In this document: one piece after another, positions 30,329 to 39,098 of the stretch | Layout: each line of letters opens with the position of its first letter | How positions within the stretch are numbered: the first letter of the stretch is position 1 | Assembly: GCA_036676495.1 (NCBI GenBank) | Contig: JAKFCT010000058.1 | Location: 1 to 51,748 of the forward strand | Origin: Candidatus Sericytochromatia bacterium | Lineage (GTDB): Bacteria > Cyanobacteriota > Sericytochromatia > S15B-MN24 > UBA4093 | Direction: 5' to 3' | DNA length: 51,748 bases | The notes under the pieces: generated by a model | The model's database searches: none | The model's input: only the letters and a program-made list of their open reading frames with translations | Told to the model about the DNA's origin: nothing | Program-made: the position numbers and the translations under genes

Positions 30329-31174
30329 CTAGGCCCCCAGGATCTCCTGGTTGCCCGTCGTCGCGGCGCGCAGCGGCAGCGTGAACCAGAAGGTGCTGCC
30401 TTTTCCCATCTCGCTGAGGACGCCAATCGATCCGCCATGCGCCTCCACGATTTGCTTGCTGATGGGCAAGCCCAGCCCCATGCCCCCGGCCTCGCGGGTG
30501 GCGCTCATGTCGAGTTGCTGAAAGGCGCGAAAAAGCTCCGGGACGTCCTCGGGCGCGATCCCGTAGCCGGTGTCGCTGATCTGGGTCACGATCAAGGGCT
30601 CGTCCTCCGCGCCCTCGAGGAAGCTTCGCACCCGGACCGCCCCGCGATCGGGGGTGAACTTCACGGCGTTCGCGATCAGATGGCGCAGCACCTGCGCGAT
30701 GCGCGGGGCGTCGATGAGAATCCCGTCCGGCACCGCGGGCGCGATCTCCAAATCCAGGGCCAGCTCCTTGAGGCGCGCGGCCCCGAGCTGGGTCTCCACC
30801 ACCTCTTGGAGCAAGATGCGGTAATCGACCGGCAGGGGCTCGAGCATGAAGCGGCCCGCCAGCATGCGGTTCAGGTCGAGGAGGTCGTTGACCATGTGCA
30901 GGAGGCGGTCGGCCCCTTCCAGGATCTTCCCGACGTACTCCTGCTGTTGCGCGTTGAGCGGACCGGCGACCTCGTCCTCCAGGATGCTGGCGAAGCCCGT
31001 GATGAAATTGAGGGGGGTGCGGAGCTCATGGCTGACGATGGAGAGAAAGTTGGCCTTGATGCGATCCACCTCGCCTTGCGACGGGATCGGGGGGTTCCGA
31101 TGGGATTTCAAGCACATTCTCCCTTCTGCCAGAAAAAGCCCCTCCGGCACGCCCGCAGGAAGGGACGGCCCCAT
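30329..31174 (-). CDS. Histidine kinase (HisKA+HATPase) with essentially no sensor domain
   Basis: [33 protein letters not shown]; start uncertain (possibly ~31117). Confidence 0.88.
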   Translation of the reverse strand: MGPSLPAGVPEGLFLAEGRMCLKSHRNPPIPSQGEVDRIKANFLSIVSHELRTPLNFITGFASILEDEVAGPLNAQQQEYVGKILEGADRLLHMVNDLLDLNRMLAGRFMLEPLPVDYRILLQEVVETQLGAARLKELALDLEIAPAVPDGILIDAPRIAQVLRHLIANAVKFTPDRGAVRVRSFLEGAEDEPLIVTQISDTGYGIAPEDVPELFRAFQQLDMSATREAGGMGLGLPISKQIVEAHGGSIGVLSEMGKGSTFWFTLPLRAATTGNQEILGA

Positions 31175-31247
31175 CTTATCTCCGCTGGCGCAAGTACCGC
31201 CTGACCCCTCCCGATCCCCGCCGCCGCAGAACGTTGCGAAAAAGGGG

Positions 31248-31276
31248 TTGACGGGTTAAGGGGAGTTTGATAAAGT
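31248..31276 (+). promoter_or_regulatory. Sigma70 promoter of tRNA-Gln
   Basis: TTGACG-17 nt-TAAAGT with TGn extension. Confidence 0.75.
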
Positions 31277-31292
31277 CAACCTTGTTCCACGT

Positions 31293-31363
31293 TCCCCGTT
31301 CGTTCAATGGTAGGACACCTGGTTCTGGCCCAGGCGATCGAGGTTCGAATCCTTGACGGGGAG
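31293..31363 (+). tRNA. tRNA-Gln (CTG), CCA not encoded
   Basis: TCCCCGT/ACGGGGA acceptor, CCTGG-TTCTGGC-CCAGG anticodon arm, GGTTCGAATCC T-arm. Confidence 0.95.
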
Positions 31364-31366
31364 CCT

Positions 31367-31402
31367 AAACGCCCTCTTGGTTATGCCAAGGGGGCGTTTC
31401 TT
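31367..31402 (+). terminator. Terminator after tRNA-Gln
   Basis: AAACGCCCTCTTGG/CCAAGGGGGCGTTT stem followed by T-rich run. Confidence 0.75.
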
Positions 31403-31446
31403 CATGATTTCTGATAAACTTCAGGCGACCTGGAAAGGACCTGAAC

Positions 31447-33645
31447 GTGACGTTGAGCCCTTCGCTTCAAGCAGCGGCCCTCCGCGCGCAAGGCGACCTG
31501 GATCGCTTGGCGGAGGCCTTCTTGGCCCTCGCCCAAGATCGGCGCCTCCCGGCCCTGTCGCGCCGCGACGTGACTCCGCACGCGCGACGGGACCTCGCCC
31601 GCGAGGGCATGCGCGAACTGCTCGACTACCTGGCCCGCGGCGACCGTCGCGCCTACCTGGCCGTCCTGGCCGAGCGCGTCGCCTCCGGGCAGACGCCCGA
31701 CCCGCTCCAACCGGAAAAACCGGGACCCGGCTACGCGGACGTCCTCCAGGCCCTGACCGCCCAGAAGCTCGCTCTCGTCGCGTGGCTGGGAGAGCAGGAT
31801 TATCCCTCCCGGACCTTCGCGCAGCTCATCAGCGAACTCGAGGACCTCTACGCCGACATCCAAAACCTCTACGACTCGACCTACCGGTCGCTGCAGGAGG
31901 ATTTCCAGCGCGTCAGCGCCGAGAACGCGCTCATCCGCAGCCTCAACCGGAGCCTGGAGCGGCATGCCGCCGAGCTTGCCCGCCGTAACGACGAGCTGCG
32001 GGTCATGGCCGAAATCAACCGGTCGGTGGCGGAAGCCGGCAGCCTCCCCCAGCTCCTCGCCACGAGCATCGCCCGCCTTTGCGAACTGCTGGACGCCAAG
32101 TACGGAGCCCTCTGGCTCTGGGACGAGGCCGCTCGAGGGCTTCAGATCAAAGCGCAGTTCCGGATGGAGGCCCTCGACCTGGAGGCCGTCAACCGGAGCT
32201 ACCGGGGGCGGCTCGACGACACTCCCGTCATCAAGGCCTTCATGGGCCAGCAGGTGCTCGCCATCCACAACGCCCAGGAGGACGAGGTCTTCGCCGCCTT
32301 TCGTCATTACGCCCAGCAGCTGGATTTCCGAGGGACCATCTACTTGCCGCTCGTGTACCAGGGCAAGTCCACGGGGATCCTGTCGCTGTACTTCCGGGAG
32401 CCGCGCGATTTCGCGAATCAAGAGCAGCAGTTCCTGCGCTCCATCGCCTCCCAGCTGGCGATCGCCATCCAGCTCTCCGCCTTCGTCGAGGACCTGCAGG
32501 CCGCGCGCGCTCACCTCGAAGCGCAGGTCCAGGAGCGGACCCGCGAGCTGGAGACGGAAAAGACCTTCCTGGATCGGATCGTGACGCACGTTCCCGCCGC
32601 CGTGGCCTTCGCGGATCGTCAGCTGGTCTACCAGTGGACGAATCCCGCCTATGCCCATCTGGTCGGAGTTCCCGCGTCGCAGCTCGTTCACCGGCCGGTC
32701 TTCGAGGTGCTGGAAGGCAGCGAGGCCCAGATCGGCCCGCATCTCCGCGACGTGCTGGAAACCGGTCAGCCCTTCCATGCCCAGGCCTTCCCCCTGTCCT
32801 ACGTGGTGAACGGGGTCGCGCGGACCACCTACTGGGACCTCTCCTACGTGCCGGTGGCGAACGCCGGAGTGCTCATGCTCGGGACCGAGGTCTCCGAGCG
32901 CGTCGCACGCGAACGGCTGCAGCAAGAGAAAATCGCGCAGTTGACCCTGACCGATCGCATGAAGGACGAGTTCCTGAGCATCCTCTCGCATGAGCTGCGC
33001 ACGCCCCTCAACGCCATCATGGGCTTCGGCAGCATCCTCGAGGACGAGCTCGTCGGCCCGCTCAACGAGGTGCAGCTCACCTACCTCAAGCGGATGCTCG
33101 GAGGAGCCGATGCGCTCCTGGGCCTGATCAACGATCTGCTCGACATGAGCCGGATCCAGGCCGGGAAGTTCACGCTCGAACCCCATCCCTTCCCGCTCCC
33201 GCGGACCCTCCGGGGCGTCATCGAGAACCTCGCACCGCTGGCCGAGCAGCGGGGCCACCGGATGCGCCTCGACGCAAGCGAAGACCTGCCGCTCGTCCTG
33301 GGCGACGAACAACGCGTCTCCCAGGTGCTGGTGAACCTCGTCAACAATGCCATCAAGTTCACCCCCGAAAGCGGCAAAATCCGGGTGAGCGCGCGTCCGG
33401 AGGGCCCACAGGTCCGGGTCGCGGTGGAAGATACCGGAGTCGGGATTGCCCCCGAGGATCTTCCCAAGCTATTCAAGCCGTTCTCCCAGGTCGACATGTC
33501 CGACACCCGCAAGGCCGGGGGGACGGGACTCGGCCTCTCCATCACCAAGGCGCTGGTCGAAGCCCAAGGAGGTCATGTCGGCGTCGAAAGCGAGCCCGGG
33601 AAGGGCTCGTGCTTCTGGTTCACCCTGCCCATCGCAAAGGAATGA
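31447..33645 (+). CDS. Cytoplasmic GAF-PAS sensor histidine kinase
   Basis: GAF (LPLVYQG..GIL.L, F...EQQFL.SIASQLAIAI), PAS (YQWTNPAY, YWDLSYVP), [21 protein letters not shown]. Confidence 0.92.
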   Translation: MTLSPSLQAAALRAQGDLDRLAEAFLALAQDRRLPALSRRDVTPHARRDLAREGMRELLDYLARGDRRAYLAVLAERVASGQTPDPLQPEKPGPGYADVLQALTAQKLALVAWLGEQDYPSRTFAQLISELEDLYADIQNLYDSTYRSLQEDFQRVSAENALIRSLNRSLERHAAELARRNDELRVMAEINRSVAEAGSLPQLLATSIARLCELLDAKYGALWLWDEAARGLQIKAQFRMEALDLEAVNRSYRGRLDDTPVIKAFMGQQVLAIHNAQEDEVFAAFRHYAQQLDFRGTIYLPLVYQGKSTGILSLYFREPRDFANQEQQFLRSIASQLAIAIQLSAFVEDLQAARAHLEAQVQERTRELETEKTFLDRIVTHVPAAVAFADRQLVYQWTNPAYAHLVGVPASQLVHRPVFEVLEGSEAQIGPHLRDVLETGQPFHAQAFPLSYVVNGVARTTYWDLSYVPVANAGVLMLGTEVSERVARERLQQEKIAQLTLTDRMKDEFLSILSHELRTPLNAIMGFGSILEDELVGPLNEVQLTYLKRMLGGADALLGLINDLLDMSRIQAGKFTLEPHPFPLPRTLRGVIENLAPLAEQRGHRMRLDASEDLPLVLGDEQRVSQVLVNLVNNAIKFTPESGKIRVSARPEGPQVRVAVEDTGVGIAPEDLPKLFKPFSQVDMSDTRKAGGTGLGLSITKALVEAQGGHVGVESEPGKGSCFWFTLPIAKE

Positions 33646-33647
33646 TC

Positions 33648-34046
33648 ATGGCCACCTTCTTGCTCAAGAGCGAACCCGAGACCTACTCCTACGACGACCT
33701 GGAGCGCGACGGGCGCACCGGCTGGGACGGCGTGCGCAATGCGCTCGCCCAGCGGAACCTCAAGTCGATTGCTCCGGAAGACGAGCTCTTCATCTATCAT
33801 TCCGGCAAGGAGCGCCGCATCGTGGGTGTGGCCAAGGCCCTCACGGGCCCGATCCCCGACGAGACCGACGCCACGGGGAAGTCCGTCAAGATCGACTTGG
33901 CCCCCGTGCGGCGCCTGGAGCGGCCCGTGACGCTCGCCGAGGTGAAGGAGGCGGGCTGGACGGAGTTCGACCTGGTCCGCATGAGCCGCCTCTCGGTCAT
34001 GCCGGTGCCCGCCGACGTGCGGGACTGGATCCTCTCGCGGACCTGA
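33648..34046 (+). CDS. EVE domain protein
   Basis: LLKSEP..YS, WDGVRN, YHSG, RMSRLSV.PV. Confidence 0.92.
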   Translation: MATFLLKSEPETYSYDDLERDGRTGWDGVRNALAQRNLKSIAPEDELFIYHSGKERRIVGVAKALTGPIPDETDATGKSVKIDLAPVRRLERPVTLAEVKEAGWTEFDLVRMSRLSVMPVPADVRDWILSRT

Positions 34047-34101
34047 TCGCGCGCCGCGGGGCGGCTGGACTTTCGCACGGGCTTGCGGGCATACTGGACC
34101 C

Positions 34102-35676
34102 ATGAACATCACGTTGATGGGCTTCATGGGCTCGGGCAAGACCACCGTCGGTCGCATCCTCGCCACTCGCTTGGGCTGGGAGTTCGTCGACACCGATCGG
34201 CTGGTCGAGGCCCGCGCGGGAGGCACGATCCCGGAGATCTTCGCCGCGCGCGGCGAGGCGGGCTTCCGCGAGCTGGAGGCGGCCGTCATCCGGGAGGTCG
34301 CGCGCGGAAAGCGGCAGGTCATCGCCACCGGCGGCGGGGCCATCCTCGATCCGGCCAACCGGCTCGCCCTGCGGCTGGCGGGCGTCGTCGTCCACCTGAA
34401 AGCCTCCCCCGAACTCCTCTGGCGGCGCGTTTCAGGATCCGACCGACCGCTCGCCGAGGACCCCGTGGCCTTTCGCGCCCGGTACCAGGAGCGCTACCCG
34501 CTCTACCAGCAGATCCCCATCCAGATAGCTTCCTCCATGTCGGCCTCTCGGGTGGCCGAGCGGATCATGGAGGCCCTTCGCGGGGAAGCCCGGAGAATCG
34601 ACGTGGCGCTTCCGGAGCGGGAGTATCCGATCGTGCTGGAGCCCAATGCGATCGCCCGCCTGGGCGAGATGATGGCCGAACGGCTGAAGCCCGGCCGCTG
34701 CCTGGTCGTCACCAACCCGCACCTCGAAGCCCGTTACGGGGACGTGGCGCGCGCCTCGCTGCAAGCCGCCGGCTGGGATCCGCACATGGCCGTCGTTCCA
34801 GCCGGTGAGCGCTTCAAGCGCATGCAAAGCGCCATGCAGCTCTACGATCGCGCCATCGAGGCCCGGCTCGAGCGACAAAGCCCGATCGTCGCCCTGGGAG
34901 GCGGGGTGATCGGAGACCTGGCGGGCTTCGTGGCGGCCACCTTCAACCGGGGCGTGCCGTTCGTGCAGGTTCCTACGTCGCTCTTGGCGCAGATTGACTC
35001 GTCGGTGGGCGGCAAGGTCGCCGTGAACCACCCCCAGGGCAAGAACCTGATCGGGGCCTTTTACCAGCCGAGCCTGGTGGTGGCGGATCCCCTGACGCTG
35101 CATACCCTTCCCCGGCGCGAATTGCTGGCGGGTCTGGCCGAGATGATCAAGTACGGCGTCATCATGGATGCGGCCTTCTTCGAGCGCCTCGACGCGGACC
35201 TCCCGCTGCTCCTGGAGCGCCGCATGCCCGCCCTGATCCCCGCCGTCGCGCGCTGCTGCGAGCTCAAAGCCCAGGTGGTGCGGGAGGATGAGCGGGAGTC
35301 GGGGATCCGGGCCATCCTGAACTTCGGCCATACGTTGGGGCATGCGCTCGAAGCGGAGACCCAGTACCAGAGCTACCTGCATGGGGAGGCGGTGGCAATC
35401 GGCATGGTGGCGGCCGGGGCGATCGCCCGCGAACTCGGCCTCTTCTCCGACGCCGAACAAGGCCGCCTGACCGCCCTGCTGGCGCGCGCGGGTCTCCCCA
35501 CCCGCTTCCCCGCCCTCTCCGCCCAGCGCCTGCTCGAAGCCACGGGCCATGACAAGAAGGTCCAGTCGGGACGGGTGCGCTGGGTCCTTCCCGAAGCCCT
35601 CGGACGCGTTTGCGTGCGCTCCGACGTCCCCGACTCGGTCGTCCTCAAGGTCCTTAGAGGCCTCGGCGCCGTCTAG
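34102..35676 (+). CDS. aroKB: Bifunctional shikimate kinase / 3-dehydroquinate synthase (AroK-AroB fusion)
   Basis: GFMGSGKTT, ATGGG; GGGVIGDLAGF, PTSLLAQIDSSVGGK, LNFGHTLGHA, HGEAVAIGM. Confidence 0.93.
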   Translation: MNITLMGFMGSGKTTVGRILATRLGWEFVDTDRLVEARAGGTIPEIFAARGEAGFRELEAAVIREVARGKRQVIATGGGAILDPANRLALRLAGVVVHLKASPELLWRRVSGSDRPLAEDPVAFRARYQERYPLYQQIPIQIASSMSASRVAERIMEALRGEARRIDVALPEREYPIVLEPNAIARLGEMMAERLKPGRCLVVTNPHLEARYGDVARASLQAAGWDPHMAVVPAGERFKRMQSAMQLYDRAIEARLERQSPIVALGGGVIGDLAGFVAATFNRGVPFVQVPTSLLAQIDSSVGGKVAVNHPQGKNLIGAFYQPSLVVADPLTLHTLPRRELLAGLAEMIKYGVIMDAAFFERLDADLPLLLERRMPALIPAVARCCELKAQVVREDERESGIRAILNFGHTLGHALEAETQYQSYLHGEAVAIGMVAAGAIARELGLFSDAEQGRLTALLARAGLPTRFPALSAQRLLEATGHDKKVQSGRVRWVLPEALGRVCVRSDVPDSVVLKVLRGLGAV

Positions 35677-35708
35677 CGCCCGCGCGATCCGGCGAGGGAA
35701 ACCTCGAA

Positions 35709-35740
35709 AAGCGAAAGGGGCCTTGCGGCCCCTTTCGCTT
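35709..35740. terminator. Terminator between convergent aroKB and GH57
   Basis: AAGCGAAAGGGGCC-TTGC-GGCCCCTTTCGCTT. Confidence 0.8.
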
Positions 35741-37325
35741 ACCGGTAGTGGCGGTAGTTCATGTTCGGGAAGATATTGTCGAGGTACTCCACCTTGGTGA
35801 GGAACTCGAGGTCGACCTTGCCCTGCTTGAGGTCCTCGTAGAGCTTGTTGAAGCGCCGCAGGTGCGAGTGCGTCCGTTTCACGGCGTACTCCACCATGGT
35901 GCCCGTCTTCATGATGAACGCCCAGTCGGAGCTTTGCGCCAGCATGAGCTCGCGGGCGGCCTGATTGAGCGCCCGCTCGCGGGCCTCGTCCCCGTTGGCC
36001 GGGTAGTGCTGGGCCAGCTCGACCATCCGGTCGGCCGCCTCATGAAGGTGCGGATAGACCCAGGCATTGGTGTCGTTGAGCCAGAACTCCGCATAGCCCT
36101 TGTCCCCCCAGCTGGAGTAGGACGGCATCGCGATCTGCTGGGTCGGGTGGTTCGCGAGATACTCGGCCGGGGTGGTGAGCTTGTAGACGTCCTGATCGTG
36201 GACCGACTTGCGGATGAGATAATTGAGGAACTGCGGCCCCTCGTACCACCAGTGCCCGAAGAGCTCCGCATCGTAGGGGGAGACCACGATCGGCTCGCGC
36301 CCCATGACCCCGAAGAGGTGCTCGATCTGCTTTTCCCGGTTGAACATGAAGTTGCCGGCATGCGAGGCGGCCTTCTGGTCGGCCCAGTAAGGATCGTAAG
36401 GCTGCTTCTGATCGGTCTTGCCGGTGATCCGGTAATACTTGATGCCGGTGTTCTTGCGGGTGCCGTCCGGCTGGATGTAGGGCGCGATGTAGTCGAGATC
36501 GAGATCGTAGCCGATGTCCCGGTAGAACTCCCGGTAGTCGAAGTCGCCGGGGTAACCCTCGATCGAGCTCCAGACCTGCTTGGACGACTCCTGATCCCGC
36601 GCGAAGGCCGCCACGCCGGTCTCGGGGGTGTAGATGGGGGCATAGGCCCCGTAGCGCGGGCGCGGCGTGGCGTTGAGGATCCCGTGGGTATCGGTGAAGA
36701 AGTAGCGGATTCCCGCTTCCTTGAGGACCTGATCGACCCCGGGGTAATAGCCGCACTCGGCGAGCCAGATGCCGCGCGGGCGGCATCCGAAGTGCTCCTC
36801 GTAGGATTCCGCCGCCACCAGGATCTGAGCCCTGACCGCCTGCGGGGTGACGCGCATCAGCGGCAGGAAGCCGTGCGTGGCGGTGCAGGTCACGATCTCC
36901 AGGACGCCCAAGTCCTGGAACTTCTTGAAGGCCGTGATCAGGTTGCCCTTGTACTTGTCGACGAAGGTCTGCCGGGTCTTCCGGTAGAGATCCAGGTAAT
37001 AGCGCGCGAGGTAGTTGAAGTGACCGTCGAAGCGCGTCCGCTCCACCTCCTTGGTCGCCAGCTCGATCAGCTCGTCGAGGTGATGGACGTAGCGGCTCTG
37101 CAGGAAGGGATCGGCCAGCATCGAGACCAGCGGCGGGGTCATGGTCATCGTGATGCGGAAGTCGATGCCGTCGGCGATCAGCCCGTCGTAGACGTTGATG
37201 AGCGGCACGTAGGTCTCGGTGATCGCCTCGTAGAGCCAGTCCTCTTCCAGGAAGTACGAGTACTCCGGGTGGCGGACGAAGGGCAGGTGGGCATGCAGCA
37301 CCATTGCCAGGTAGCCTTTGGCCAT
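35739..37325 (-). CDS. GH57 1,4-alpha-glucan branching enzyme (DUF1957)
   Basis: VLHAHLPFV, ETY.PL, WLAECGY, PYDAELFGHWWYEG, AQSSDW; start placed at ATG 37325. Confidence 0.93.
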   Translation of the reverse strand: MAKGYLAMVLHAHLPFVRHPEYSYFLEEDWLYEAITETYVPLINVYDGLIADGIDFRITMTMTPPLVSMLADPFLQSRYVHHLDELIELATKEVERTRFDGHFNYLARYYLDLYRKTRQTFVDKYKGNLITAFKKFQDLGVLEIVTCTATHGFLPLMRVTPQAVRAQILVAAESYEEHFGCRPRGIWLAECGYYPGVDQVLKEAGIRYFFTDTHGILNATPRPRYGAYAPIYTPETGVAAFARDQESSKQVWSSIEGYPGDFDYREFYRDIGYDLDLDYIAPYIQPDGTRKNTGIKYYRITGKTDQKQPYDPYWADQKAASHAGNFMFNREKQIEHLFGVMGREPIVVSPYDAELFGHWWYEGPQFLNYLIRKSVHDQDVYKLTTPAEYLANHPTQQIAMPSYSSWGDKGYAEFWLNDTNAWVYPHLHEAADRMVELAQHYPANGDEARERALNQAARELMLAQSSDWAFIMKTGTMVEYAVKRTHSHLRRFNKLYEDLKQGKVDLEFLTKVEYLDNIFPNMNYRHYR

Positions 37326-37519
37326 GATCAATCCTCTTTTGGGGTCGCGGTCCGCCCAGGGCAACGGCGGCTTCTGAATCGAAGGCCGGTGGGACCGCGC
37401 GAATGCTTGCTATGAATGAGGGGAGGCCCCGCCGTCTCTTCGACCGCGGGGCCCACTCTCCGAGAGCGGGTCAGGTTGCTTCCGAGCACGGACGCTGCCT
37501 CACGCCACCGCCGCCGGGG

Positions 37520-38812
37520 TTAGGGCTGCGTGTCGCGGCTGACCGTGATCGTGATGGAGCGCTCCATGTCCCCGTCGGCGTTCACGGCATGGATGGGAAT
37601 CGGGTGAAGCCCATCGGGGAAGGCGAAGCGGATCGAGAAGGTCCCGTCCGGGCGCAACTCGATCTTCTGGCCCCGCAGGGTCACGGACGCGTCGGCCTCG
37701 GTGGCACCGTAAACGATGAGCTCGCAGTTGGCCACGAGCCAGAAATCCTTGTCCTTCTCCTTGGCCGGGGCCGGAGGGGCCGGGGGAGCCGCCGCGAAGG
37801 AGCTCACGGCATGCGAGCCCATCTGATGCGAGCCCATGGCCGACTCCAGGTTCTCCCAGGTGAGGTCGCCGTAGCGCGGGGTATCCGCCGACCAGTAGCC
37901 GCGGCCCCGCGTGGAGAGCTGGTACATGGTGTCGGGAAGCGAGACGTTCTGGCTGGGGGTCGTCGCCGGAGCGGGCGGAGCGAGCTCCTCTCCCGAGACG
38001 AAGGCCGCCTCGGGGGCCTCGGCCTCCAGGCTCTCGACTTCGGGAGCCGGCTGGAAGGGCAACTCGACGAACTTGTCGGCGATCACCGGCGAAGGCCGGC
38101 CGATCGGCACGTCGACGACGTTCGAGCGCAGAACCGGCAGGAAGCGGCCCTCGGCCGTGACCCAGCCCAGCTCCACGAGGTAGTTCCGGCCATCGGCCGG
38201 CACCTGGATGTTCCAGTTCCGGACGTACTCGGGGGCCGGAATCTCGAACCAGGTATGGGCGTTCTTGCCGTCGAAGACCAGCTCGGTCACGTCGTAAACC
38301 CGCAGCGCCATCCGCTGCCCGCCCTGGGCATGCGTGCGCGCAATGGTCTTGGGGGTCACGTCCCAATAGGCATGCACCCAGAAGGGGTCGCGAACCATGA
38401 GCACGACCCGCTCGTCGCCGTAGCTCTCCGGAAGCTCGGGAAGCACGTCGTCAATCAAGAGCTCCTGGCGAATCCAGGTCTTCTTGAACGAGGGCTCCGC
38501 CGAACCTTCGTCCTCGGCATCGTCCAGCAGCTCGGCCGCCGCCTCGGCCTCCTCGTCGGGAGCGCGCGTCGGAACACCGGCGTCGATCACCGATTCGAGC
38601 TGGGTGGCCGGCGACGCCGACGCGTCGCTCGCCCTCCCCGTCCGGGACGGAGGAGTCATCTCTTGTATTTCCTGCTCAGGCGTTTCGCTCGTAAGCGCGC
38701 TGAGCGCGTCAACCAGCTCGGTCTTGGTCATCGTCGAATAGCCTCTCAGCCCACGCTGACGCGCCATCTGCGTCAGGTCTTCCAGTGTCATCAGTGCCAG
38801 GTCGCGTTCCAA
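37520..38812 (-). CDS. DUF4912 protein with Rho-N-like N-terminus
   Basis: A..RGLRGYSTMTK.ELV, LPESYG, RDPFW..AYW, RSN.V..P, FWLVANCELIVYGATE; typical GH57 neighbour. Confidence 0.88.
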   Translation of the reverse strand: MERDLALMTLEDLTQMARQRGLRGYSTMTKTELVDALSALTSETPEQEIQEMTPPSRTGRASDASASPATQLESVIDAGVPTRAPDEEAEAAAELLDDAEDEGSAEPSFKKTWIRQELLIDDVLPELPESYGDERVVLMVRDPFWVHAYWDVTPKTIARTHAQGGQRMALRVYDVTELVFDGKNAHTWFEIPAPEYVRNWNIQVPADGRNYLVELGWVTAEGRFLPVLRSNVVDVPIGRPSPVIADKFVELPFQPAPEVESLEAEAPEAAFVSGEELAPPAPATTPSQNVSLPDTMYQLSTRGRGYWSADTPRYGDLTWENLESAMGSHQMGSHAVSSFAAAPPAPPAPAKEKDKDFWLVANCELIVYGATEADASVTLRGQKIELRPDGTFSIRFAFPDGLHPIPIHAVNADGDMERSITITVSRDTQP

Positions 38813-38920
38813 AGGGAGGTCTCCTCGGTGTCCTGGGCGGCGCGCGGCACCAGGAGCGATCTATTAATCAACCTTAATATTTTAACATAAACGAGAACCC
38901 ACGTCAGGCCCTCAGATAGC

Positions 38921-38997
38921 AAAAAAACGGCGGGATAAGCCCCGCCGTTGGTCGCTGGTCGCAGTCTACCACTTCCTCCTTCTGTTAAGCAAGTTTT
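38921..38997 (-). ncRNA. Candidate ~77-nt small RNA
   Basis: -10 TAAGAT at 39004-39009 and terminator AACGGCGGG/CCCGCCGTT+T run with no upstream minus-strand gene. Confidence 0.45.
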
Positions 38998-39098
38998 AGG
39001 AGAATCTTAGCGTGGCGCGTCCCGAGGGGGGCGGCGACGGCACGAGTACGGGCAGCCAAGGCGTGAAGCGCGGCGGATCCTTGGTATACTAGTACTCC

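Noticed and set aside
31293-31363. tRNA-Gln as an island integration site
   Set aside because: No integrase, no duplicated tRNA 3' end seen, no compositional shift.
33648-34046. EVE protein as part of a modification-dependent defence system
   Set aside because: Stand-alone EVE with no nuclease partner nearby.
34102-35676. AroK-AroB fusion as a novelty
   Set aside because: This fusion is already known in several bacterial groups.
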